Positions 8,410 to 17,303 of a stretch of DNA of 51,978 bases are shown in pieces. Source of the stretch: Candidatus Aenigmatarchaeota archaeon (GTDB lineage: Archaea; Aenigmatarchaeota; Aenigmatarchaeia; CG10238-14; SpSt-28); NCBI GenBank assembly GCA_032249395.1, contig JAVVFY010000004.1, positions 1 through 51,978 on the forward strand, written 5' to 3'. The notes beneath the pieces were generated by a model that was not told the origin of the DNA, did no database searches, and worked only from the letters and a program-made list of their open reading frames with translations. The position numbers and the translations under genes were made by a program. Each line of letters begins with the position of its first letter. Position 1 is the stretch's first letter.

Positions 8410-8731
8410 GAAATAGATTGAGAGAAAATCTTTAAATCATTGTTTTGGGAACTGTCTAACTTTAATGTAATGAAATCTTATTTGGATAACATCTGTCTTT
8501 GAATTATAGGCTTATAAAGTGTGCAATACAAGTGCAAACTTTTGGATATTCGACTCACATATTCTCTAATTCATTTCCTCCACTTTTTATTTACGGCTAG
8601 CAAACAAATCTAAGATAGCATCTAAAAAATTTTTCTTAATATTTGAACATAATGAAACCAACTATAAATAAAATTGGGGGAGCAGATTTCCTTGTATAAA
8701 TATTTAAAAACGCGGGGCAAATTAATAAAAA

Positions 8732-9359
8732 ATGGAGGTTAGAGAAATTATGGATGAGAGTACAAAAGAAGTAAAAGTTGGCCAAAAAGTGCCTGACTTT
8801 AAAATCACATACTACGATCCAAATAAAAAAGGTTTCGGACAAATTAATCTTTATGACATTCTTAAGCAAGGCAAATTGGTAATTTTTTTCTTCTATCCAG
8901 CGGACTTCACTTTTGTTTGTCCCACCGAACTTGCGGACATTAATGCTAAATACGATGAGCTAACAAAAGAAAACGTTGAGGTAATAACCTGCTCGACTGA
9001 CACACAATACGTTCATCTTGCTTGGTGTAGAGATGAACCTTTATTAAAAGATTTCAAAATGGAAGATGGCAGCAGACCCAACAGGAACGATCTCAAGAAT
9101 TTTTGGTGTATACGATGAAAGCTCAGGACTCGCTTTAAGAGGAACGTTCATAATAAATCCGGATGGAATATTAGTAGGTTCTGAAATAAATCATTATTCC
9201 GTTGGTAGAAATGCTGAAGAGCTTGTAAGAAAAATAAAAGCTTTCCAATATGTGTATAAACATCCTGATGAGGCTTGCCCAGCAAAATGGGAGCCTGGTA
9301 AGAAAACGTTAAAACCTGGGCCAGAGATAGTAGGAAGAGTAGGGGAAGTTCTTAAGTAA
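8732..9359 (+). pseudogene. 2-Cys peroxiredoxin (AhpC/Prx1 type), frameshifted
   Basis: ORFs 8732-9118 and 9066-9359 together give a full Prx: FFFYPADFTFVCPTE (peroxidatic Cys) ... ADPTGTISRIFGVYDE...LRGTFIINPDG...DEACPAKWEPG. The frame changes at about 9060-9066. Confidence 0.8.
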
Positions 9360-9424
9360 AACTTAATAATTAGCTGTTATTTCTATTATTCAAACTTTTA
9401 TTTTTCAAAATCAAACAACTCTCA

Positions 9425-10609
9425 ATGAAGCTAAACCTAAGCAAGAAAATGTTCAAAGTTCTCATTTTTCTTTCTCTAGTTTCTCTTTTTGCAGATATGA
9501 CTTATGAAGGCGGAAGGTCAATCTTTGGTTCTTACGCTAAAGTTTTAGGTGCTTCAGCTTTTCTCGCAAGTTTAGCAACGGCTGGAGAATTTTTAGGTTA
9601 TGTTTCAAGATTCATCAGCGGAATGATAGCAACAAGATTAAAGTCAAGCAAAGTCTATTGGAGTTTAACAATTTCTGGCTATGTGATAAATTTAATTGCA
9701 ATTCCTCTTTTAGCATTCTCAGGAAACTGGTTTATTGCCATTCTTTTAATTTTCCTCGAAAGAATAGGAAAAGGTCTGAGGTCTCCAGCAAGAGATGTTA
9801 TTCTCGCTGAAGTTACAGAAAAGATGGGAAGAGGAAAGGCTTTTGGGTTGCATGAAGCTTTAGACCAAATAGGGGCTGTAGCAGGTCCATTAATAGTTTC
9901 AATTTCTCTTTTTGTTACAAACTCAAACTATCCAATAACTTTTCTCATTTTAGCAATTCCAGCTTTTCTCGCTCTTTTCTTCTTATTTGGAGCTTACTTT
10001 GAATATCCAAACGTTAAAGCGGCGGAGAAAACTTTTAAGAATAATTTGAAAAGCAAAAACAACATGAAAATCTTTTGGCTTTACTCAATTGCTATGTCTT
10101 TAGTTGCTTTAGGTTTCATTTCTTGGGTAAACGTTTCTTACATTTTAAAAGCAAGTAATGTATTTCCAGATTATTCTATAGCAACATTTTATTTGATAGC
10201 AATGTTAGCAGATGGCTTGCTAGCATTGCCCATTGGTTTAATGTACGATAAATTTGGTTTAGTTAGTTTGGTTTTTGCACCAATAGCTTCAATTCTAATA
10301 ATTCCATTCCTCTTTACTCAAGATTTCATCTCAGTTGCAATTGCTAGCGTTTTCTGGGGAATTGTTATGGCAATATATGAAAGCAACGCAAGAGCAGCCA
10401 TAGCTGATATTCTTCCAGAAAACAAAAGAGCGTTCGGATACGGAGTTTTTGGTTTAGGTTTTGGAATAGCTTGGATGGTTGGATCAGCAATTTATGGTTA
10501 TCTTTATGAAATTTCTCCATCTTCGATGATTTATTTTGCATTAACTACAGAAATTCTAGCTCTTATTTTGCTATTTATTGTTGTTAAATCATTCAAAAAT
10601 AAAAGATAA
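9425..10609 (+). CDS. MFS transporter
   Basis: 394 aa, about 12 hydrophobic helices, with an MFS loop motif LERIGKGLRSPARD between TM2 and TM3. Confidence 0.7.
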   Translation: MKLNLSKKMFKVLIFLSLVSLFADMTYEGGRSIFGSYAKVLGASAFLASLATAGEFLGYVSRFISGMIATRLKSSKVYWSLTISGYVINLIAIPLLAFSGNWFIAILLIFLERIGKGLRSPARDVILAEVTEKMGRGKAFGLHEALDQIGAVAGPLIVSISLFVTNSNYPITFLILAIPAFLALFFLFGAYFEYPNVKAAEKTFKNNLKSKNNMKIFWLYSIAMSLVALGFISWVNVSYILKASNVFPDYSIATFYLIAMLADGLLALPIGLMYDKFGLVSLVFAPIASILIIPFLFTQDFISVAIASVFWGIVMAIYESNARAAIADILPENKRAFGYGVFGLGFGIAWMVGSAIYGYLYEISPSSMIYFALTTEILALILLFIVVKSFKNKR

Positions 10610-10647
10610 ACTACCAATACAATTTTTCTCCAATCTTTACTTTTAAG

Positions 10648-10947
10648 TTAAAAGGCGTTTCCAAAACGTATTTGCATTTTTCTCTTCGGAGAATAAATTT
10701 TCCATATTTTCGGATTTAATGTTATTGGTTCAGCAAACTTCACATCAACAACCCCTTTGTTTCTATCAATGAAAATAATCTTTATTGGATATCTAACTAA
10801 AAACATCCAAAAAGACCACTTATCTTCATATGGCATTACAAAAAGCAAATTTTTCTTTTTAGAAAAACTTAAGCCAATGAATCTTTTCCAAAAATTATCA
10901 GCTACATTAGCTTTTATTTCCTTTTTGCCAATTTTGATTTTTATCAT
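10648..10947 (-). CDS. DUF192 family protein
   Basis: RFIGLSF...LLFVMP...FWMFLVRYPIKIIFIDRNKGVVDV matches the GLM...gmlF...fwMkntl.pLDiiFid pattern of DUF192 (COG1430). Confidence 0.7.
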   Translation of the reverse strand: MIKIKIGKKEIKANVADNFWKRFIGLSFSKKKNLLFVMPYEDKWSFWMFLVRYPIKIIFIDRNKGVVDVKFAEPITLNPKIWKIYSPKRKMQIRFGNAF

Positions 10948-11010
10948 CTAATTTATGAGATTGCAAGAATTTAACTTAAGTTTAAATTTAGGCTTGATTA
11001 AAAATCTTCA

Positions 11011-11517
11011 ATGGTTAGCAAGAAAATAAAAAACACCTTTTTGTACAAAGTTTTCGAAAGCCATTACTGCAAAATCGTTTTTGTTATAGGTTTGCTAATT
11101 TCATATTTTTTAATTCCAAGAACAGTTTTTGAAACCAAGTATGCTTATCTAGCAATAATCTACATGATTCTCTTCAGTATAGTCCTCACTTGCATCGTTA
11201 GAACAATCAAAGAAAGGATTAAATCAGCTAGAACATACGAAAAATCTATACTAGGAATTTTAGCTTCTGGTATTGGATTAGCTGCACTGCAAGCTTGCAC
11301 TCTAAGCGTTTCTTGTAGCGCATCTGTTGGCCTAAGCATACTATACTTGATATTCCCTCAATTCTTCGTTTCGTTTCTCATAGATTACAGTCAATACGTT
11401 TTGATAGCAGCAATTTTAATACAAGCAATCTCAATTTACTTGATGGGTTGCTTCAAAGAAGTTTTAGATTTATCCAAAAACAAAATTAAGACAATTCAAT
11501 TAACGAAAAAGAGTTGA
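11011..11517 (+). CDS. Hypothetical integral membrane protein
   Basis: 168 aa with about 4 hydrophobic segments. No family recognised. Confidence 0.45.
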   Translation: MVSKKIKNTFLYKVFESHYCKIVFVIGLLISYFLIPRTVFETKYAYLAIIYMILFSIVLTCIVRTIKERIKSARTYEKSILGILASGIGLAALQACTLSVSCSASVGLSILYLIFPQFFVSFLIDYSQYVLIAAILIQAISIYLMGCFKEVLDLSKNKIKTIQLTKKS

Positions 11518-11526
11518 TAAAAATTC

Positions 11527-11718
11527 TCATTTTGCTTTTTTCTTCTCATCATCTAAATCTTCGCTAAAAGCCTTTTCAAGTTTCCGATATTCTCTCCAAA
11601 ATTCTCTGTATTTTTTTGGATTATGTTTTTTCCAATAATCTAACCTTTTCAAAACTATTTTTGCAAACTCCATCCAAACTTCTTCTCTCTCCTCTTTAGT
11701 TAACTCTTCTGATTTCAT
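11527..11718 (-). CDS. Hypothetical small highly charged protein (63 aa)
   Basis: Starts 5 nt downstream of the PIN gene on the same strand. K/E/W-rich and helical. Confidence 0.35.
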   Translation of the reverse strand: MKSEELTKEEREEVWMEFAKIVLKRLDYWKKHNPKKYREFWREYRKLEKAFSEDLDDEKKKAK

Positions 11719-11723
11719 TCAGT

Positions 11724-12233
11724 TCACCCTATATTTAAATTTGAATAGAATCTTCTTAAATCCCTATAACTCCATATTCTTGGATAGAATTCTTTACATT
11801 TTTTCAAAACTTCATCATCTCCTGTGACAAAAATTAAATCCTTTTTCTTCGCTATTATTAGATGCTCCAGGTTAGTTACTCTTTTTCTTATAGGAATTGA
11901 TGAGACAATTCTTAGTATCTCTTTGTATAGTTCTGAGACATTAATGTTAACCTCTATTTCTGTACAATTAACATCTAGAATAAAAGACTTCCAAATTTTT
12001 TCTATTAATGTATTGTCAAGCAAGAACTCACTTTTAAGTTTTCTAACTATTTCAACTTTTGTCAAAATAGAAACATTGTAGTTTATCTTATCTTTTGATT
12101 CAATTAAAAACTCAGCAACTTTAGAAGACTTAACCTCGCCTTTTAATTCTGATACTTTCTTAAGAAAGTATCCAAAAATTATGTTTGTATCTAGGTAAAA
12201 TTTTTCATCCACTTCTTTTTTTAATATGCCCAA
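11724..12233 (-). CDS. PIN-domain protein (VapC-like ribonuclease)
   Basis: FYLDTNIIFGYF near the N-terminus, TKVEIV in the middle, and LIFVTGDDEVLKKC near the C-terminus. This is the typical spacing of the acidic residues of PIN domains. Confidence 0.55.
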   Translation of the reverse strand: MGILKKEVDEKFYLDTNIIFGYFLKKVSELKGEVKSSKVAEFLIESKDKINYNVSILTKVEIVRKLKSEFLLDNTLIEKIWKSFILDVNCTEIEVNINVSELYKEILRIVSSIPIRKRVTNLEHLIIAKKKDLIFVTGDDEVLKKCKEFYPRIWSYRDLRRFYSNLNIG

Positions 12234-12286
12234 AAAGCAAACAATTGCTATAAGATACTTATAGATTGCTTATTTTTAATAAGCGA

Positions 12287-13739
12287 CTATTTGAAGAACA
12301 ATTCTGGTTTTTCTGTATGTATTGGAATCAACTTCTTTGGTCCAATCTCTTTAATCATTTCTCTAATTTCTATTCCATTCGCATGCCCAGAAGCATGAAT
12401 TTGATGCATTGGCAAATTAAAGTGTGTAAGCCAGTTTCTAACTCTGTTTTCTTCTATAACCATATCGTCATCAAAAGGCTCCGTTTTAGATCTAATGTAA
12501 ACTCCATTTTTTGGCTTTATGTCAATTAACTCTTGCAACTCAAAATTATCACATCTAAAAATGAATTCTTCTTGTCTATCTCTTATGTCTTCAGCAGTTA
12601 CCATGTTGTCTAATTCTAAAAACTCTCTTTCCCACTTATCATAATCGGCTTCTAAAAATCTTCTCTCAACTTCTGAACTTTTAACCCAGCCGACATCTTG
12701 AAAATGATAAAAATAATCTTTACCTAAAATTCCTCACCCTTTTTTTTCAACATAGACAACAGCATCAGAAAGCTTTGGATATCCTTTTATTCCCGCTTCT
12801 TCAAAAAGTTTCAAAAGATAAGCTTGTCTTGTATTAACAACAAGCTTTCTACCAGTTTTCTTAGCAACATTGAAAAAACTCACCATTCTATCCAAATCTC
12901 TGGCAGGATAATTTACTACAACTAAGCCATCAGTCTTCTCAACTATTTCTCTAGCCCTTTTTTCAACATCTTCCTCGCTTTGAACATCTTCTTCATCGAT
13001 CCTCGTTCCTTCGCAAAAAAAGATATCTAAACCTTCAGTTTTTGCTCGAGAAACAAATTCTCTTGTTTGACTTCCTTTTCTTCCATGAAATCTTAAATCT
13101 CCGGTATAGCCAATCTTCTCTTCATCCCCATAAACAACAAAAGCTAAAGCACCTGGAATAGAATGATCTACAGGAAAAGCTTGAAATTCTATGTCATTTA
13201 TGTGATATTTTTTGTAAGGTTCTATAATTTGATAATTTCTTTCTACAATAGCATCGTCTCCAACCAATCTTTTATAACCTTCTCTTCCATGAACGAAATG
13301 AAATCTCAAGCTTAAAGTAACTAAATCAGAAAGAAGTGTTTGAGAAGTATCTTCAATGGCTTTCAATATTAGGTAAGTTTCTTTGCTACAAAATATCGGA
13401 ATGTCTTCTCTCAAAAAATGAATTAGAGCTGAATGATCCGAATGTGCATGCGATAATAGTAAGCCGTCTAAGAATTTTTCTTTTGGTTGATCTATTCCAA
13501 GATGTCCCAAAAAATCTTTTCTATATATTGGCAAATCTAAATGACTTGGCAACAACCCCCATCTCAACCCAATCTAAAAACCCATTTAACATTCTTGGTT
13601 TCAAAAATTCTGAAAAGTATTTTTTCTCTTGAGTGAAACTCAAACCAAAATCGAGCATTAATCTCGTGTTTTTGAATTCTAAAAGAATTTTATTACCTCC
13701 AATCTCTCGTTCTCCTCCAAAAATTTTTATGTTCACCAT
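12287..13739 (-). pseudogene. Metallo-beta-lactamase/beta-CASP ribonuclease (RNase J-like), broken by one frameshift and one in-frame TGA
   Basis: Three ORF pieces. MVNIKIFGGEREIGGNKILLEF...MLDFG (start ATG 13739), LLLSHAHSDHSA (HxHxDH), GYTGDLRFHG, and C-terminal QIHASGHA...IPIHTE. The frameshift is at the C5/G5 run 13556-13560. TGA at 12736-12734 is in frame with both flanking pieces (VEKKG*GILGKDYFYHF...). Confidence 0.75.
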
Positions 13740-13771
13740 AAAATTTTTAAGTAATTTTGAAAATATATCAT

Positions 13772-14395
13772 ATGTCCACTTTGAGAAGCGGGGCAGTAAT
13801 TCTTGGAGCCTATGCATCAAAAATAAGAAAGACGCTCTTTGCTCAACTAAAAGATAAAGTAAAAGCCGGAGAACTCTCAAGCCAAGAAATTGCTAGATCA
13901 GCAGGCGAATTAAACAAAGCACTTTATACTCTTTTTGTGGAAAGGCTAAAACTCGAAAAAGGAGATGTTGTTAGAATTTCAATAGATTATGAAATAGATG
14001 AGCAAAGGATAAACTGGAAATGGGATACAATTAAAATCGAATGTTTTAAGAGAGTTCCAGAAGAAGAAATAATGAAAAATCTTTTCGATATATTAAAAAG
14101 AGAAGAAGCAAAATACACCGTAAGAAAATTGAGAGAAACTAAGCTTGGTGATTTAATATTTGAGATTTTGGAAAACGAAAAGCAAATAGGCGTAGTAGTT
14201 GTTACTCCTTTAGACAACGAAGCTATAATAAGAGGAGCCATAAGACCAACAACCATAATTCAAAAAAGAAGAGTTAATATAGAAGGAGATATAGAAGAGT
14301 ATTTCTCAAATTCTTTAAAAGAAATTTTAGAATCTGGTAAGCAAGCAGAAAAGGAGGAAGTTGAGAAAATAATTAATGAAATTTCGTCTCTTTAA
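13772..14395 (+). CDS. Conserved archaeal hypothetical protein (possibly DUF2258-like)
   Basis: I prefer the ATG at 13772 (MSTLRSGAVILGAYASKIRKTLFAQLK). The N-terminal motif recalls the archaeal DUF2258 family, but from memory only. Confidence 0.35.
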   Translation: MSTLRSGAVILGAYASKIRKTLFAQLKDKVKAGELSSQEIARSAGELNKALYTLFVERLKLEKGDVVRISIDYEIDEQRINWKWDTIKIECFKRVPEEEIMKNLFDILKREEAKYTVRKLRETKLGDLIFEILENEKQIGVVVVTPLDNEAIIRGAIRPTTIIQKRRVNIEGDIEEYFSNSLKEILESGKQAEKEEVEKIINEISSL

Positions 14396-14561
14396 AGAGA
14401 AAGCTTTTTATATTTGTGCGACAAAAAAATAATTAGAGTCATTTATTTTCCTATCTAATCTTTAAAGTATCTTAAGACTATCCATATTTTATATTCACTA
14501 AAAATTTGAATAGGATCGGTGAGAAGCATGAGTGATCCATCGTCATCGAAAGGTGAATGGT

Positions 14562-15110
14562 ATGAGGAGAAATCTCTATTTGCTAGCATTAGCCCAGATT
14601 TTGATAGCCACAAGTATGGGAATTATTGGACCTGTCTACGCCATATACTTCGAAAAAATTTCTGGAAGCTTGAAAGACGTTGGAATAATACTTGGAATTT
14701 ATTGGATAGTTGTAGGAATTTTAGAAATTCCATTTGGAATCCTATCTGATAAAATTGGAAAGAAAAAAGTATTCACAATTGGTGGAATTCTCGTTTCGTC
14801 TTCGATTTTCCTTTATCCATTCGTGTCGAACTTTTATCAAATATTATTTGCTGAGATAATTGGTGCAGTAGGGTATGCTATGCAAATGCCTTCATTCTAC
14901 TCTTTATTAGCTGAGTGTACAAAAAGAGAAAGAAGAGGATTGGAGATGGGATTAATTGACTCTAGCTGGAACATATTTTATGGTGCAGCATCAATAGTTT
15001 CAGGAATGTTAGTAATGACATTTGGATTTTCACTAATTTTTAGTTTAGCAGCCTTTCTCCACCTTACTTCAAGTATTCTCATTGGAAGGAAAATGAAACA
15101 AGCAATCTAA
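14562..15110 (+). CDS. Half-size MFS-like membrane protein (N-terminal six-helix half only)
   Basis: ATG at 14562 is preceded by AAGGTGA. It has the MFS signature GILSDKIGKKKVF and stops after about 6 helices with no continuation in any frame. Confidence 0.5.
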   Translation: MRRNLYLLALAQILIATSMGIIGPVYAIYFEKISGSLKDVGIILGIYWIVVGILEIPFGILSDKIGKKKVFTIGGILVSSSIFLYPFVSNFYQILFAEIIGAVGYAMQMPSFYSLLAECTKRERRGLEMGLIDSSWNIFYGAASIVSGMLVMTFGFSLIFSLAAFLHLTSSILIGRKMKQAI

Positions 15111-15176
15111 TCTATTTCCCTCAAGATATATTTTGGAGTGCGGAAAAAATAAAAAGGTTAAAGTTATAAAGTTTAA

Positions 15177-17288
15177 ATGAATAGAAATAAAGAGATGGAA
15201 CTTTCAGAAAAATTATACAACATTTTATTAAAGGTAGATAAAATTTCTATTTCTAAGTTGACGGATGAATTGGGCGTAAGCAAGTATCGCCTTCTTATTC
15301 TTGCAGATAATATTAGATTCTTAGATAATTCTAAAAGAGTTTATGTAAGTAGAAAAAGAGACATGCTAAAATTGGCATCTAAAGATTTTTCGTCAGATGA
15401 ATACATTCCTGTTGAGGAAAAGTTGAGAAAATTTATAATAGGATTAGCGTCAGAAACTCATATAGGAAGTAAGTATTCTTCTGCTAGTTTTTTAGGAGCC
15501 GCCTGGAAAGTATTTGATAGTTATAACACAGATCTAATAATACTTGTTGGAGATCTATTTGCTGGTAAGGAATATAAAAGAAAGTTTGGAGAAATTTTGG
15601 TTAAATCTCCATCAGATCAGATAGAATTAGCGAGGAGAATCTTTCCCCATTCTAATATTGGTTTGAAGACTCATGTAGTTGCAGGTCCACAAGATGTATT
15701 GTATGAGAGGGGGAGAACAATAAATCTAGTTCAAGAGTTAGGAAAAGTAAGAAAAGATATAATTCCTGAAGGTGTTGGTATACACAAATTTACAATATAT
15801 GATACAAATGTACAAATAATAGCAGAAAATCCTGTAACCTATGAAAAAAACCCTGTTGGAAAAACTTATGATCTTCAAAGAAGAATGGAAAATCTAGAAG
15901 TTGAGAAAGGTAAAAAGACTATTTTAGCTCTCGGGGGATATCACTCTTTTTCTATAATTCCGTACAGAAACGGAATTGTATATGGTATATTGTTACCATC
16001 TCTAATTTCTCAAACGCCGTCTCTAGCTAGAAAAAATATAGATCCAATAATTGGTGTAGTTGTAGTAGAATTATCCTTGGGTAGAAAGAATGATGAAAAT
16101 GATGTAAGATATTTGCAATACGCAAGAGTTAAATTCTTTCCACTTAAGGAATATTGGAGAGAAAAAGATTTTATAAAAGAGCCTAACTACAATGGTTTGT
16201 CGGAACTTGAAAAAAGAGCTGTATCAATTCTCTATAGAAAGGGAGAATGTTCAATGGGGGAACTCTCTAGAGAACTTAGAATAAGCAAAAAAAAGGTAAA
16301 AGAGATAATGAGCAACCTAGAGAAAAAACAAAACGTCTCTAAATCAAGAATAATTTATGATGAAGTTTCGGACAAGTATTTTTATGATTATAGAGATTTT
16401 ATCGATAATAGCATAGCACCAACTGAAATGGATTTTGGTAAAGAAAAAATAAAATTAATGGCAATTTCTGACACTCATTTAAACAGCAAATACCAAAATC
16501 TAAAACTTTTATATAAATTATACATAACTGCTGAAGAAGAACAAGTAGATTTTATTACACATTCTGGAGACATAACAGATGGTAGAGGTCACAGATTTGA
16601 TGATGTGATACAAGATGTGTCTACTTTGATAGATTATGTTGTAGACGTTTATCCTAGATCCAAAGTTCCAACTTATATAATTTCTGGAAATCATGATCAA
16701 TGGTATAAAAAAGATACCGGATTAGACATTGGAAGAGAAATAAGTAAAAGAAGAGACGATTTAATTTATCTTGGAGAAGAATTTGGAGTTATAAACGAGG
16801 GAGGAATATTAATCGCTCTTCACCATCCAAATAAGGGCGCACCTTATACACTAGGCTACGATCTAGTTAGATTCTCCAAATATTTAAAGAGATTTGGAGA
16901 CTTTAAACTTGTTTTACTTGGTAATTACCACAAGGCGGCTGTTTTATTAGATAACGGTCGTATAGGAGTTTTGGTACCAACATTAAAATCTCCAGACAAC
17001 TATGCTATCACTAAAGGTCTTACGGATTGGATAGGTTCTTGGATAATAGATTTGAGAATAACTGATGGAGAAATAAGAAGTGCAGAATTTTTGTATCTCG
17101 ATTTATCAAATGAAATAGATCCATCTGACTATAAACAAATTTATGATTGGTTGAAGACTCGTGAAGAAACGCAACTTGAGAAAATATACAAAATAATAAA
17201 TAAAAAACAAGAGACACAATATAGAGAGGTTAGTAAAACTCGAGAGGAAAAAAAGAAAAAGACACTATTAGACTATCTTAAAAAATGA
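15177..17288 (+). CDS. Tandem-duplicated wHTH + calcineurin-like metallophosphoesterase protein (first module degenerate, second canonical)
   Basis: 703 aa. Module 2: wHTH (LSELEKRAVSILYRKGECSMGELSRELRISKKKV) then AISDTH, HSGDITDG, ISGNHD, ALHHP, LGNYH. Module 1: wHTH (ISISKLTDELGVSKYRLL) then ASETHIGS, VGDLFAG, AGPQD, GGYH at equivalent spacing. Confidence 0.65.
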   Translation: MNRNKEMELSEKLYNILLKVDKISISKLTDELGVSKYRLLILADNIRFLDNSKRVYVSRKRDMLKLASKDFSSDEYIPVEEKLRKFIIGLASETHIGSKYSSASFLGAAWKVFDSYNTDLIILVGDLFAGKEYKRKFGEILVKSPSDQIELARRIFPHSNIGLKTHVVAGPQDVLYERGRTINLVQELGKVRKDIIPEGVGIHKFTIYDTNVQIIAENPVTYEKNPVGKTYDLQRRMENLEVEKGKKTILALGGYHSFSIIPYRNGIVYGILLPSLISQTPSLARKNIDPIIGVVVVELSLGRKNDENDVRYLQYARVKFFPLKEYWREKDFIKEPNYNGLSELEKRAVSILYRKGECSMGELSRELRISKKKVKEIMSNLEKKQNVSKSRIIYDEVSDKYFYDYRDFIDNSIAPTEMDFGKEKIKLMAISDTHLNSKYQNLKLLYKLYITAEEEQVDFITHSGDITDGRGHRFDDVIQDVSTLIDYVVDVYPRSKVPTYIISGNHDQWYKKDTGLDIGREISKRRDDLIYLGEEFGVINEGGILIALHHPNKGAPYTLGYDLVRFSKYLKRFGDFKLVLLGNYHKAAVLLDNGRIGVLVPTLKSPDNYAITKGLTDWIGSWIIDLRITDGEIRSAEFLYLDLSNEIDPSDYKQIYDWLKTREETQLEKIYKIINKKQETQYREVSKTREEKKKKTLLDYLKK

Positions 17289-17303
17289 GAGATTTCGTTT
17301 TGC

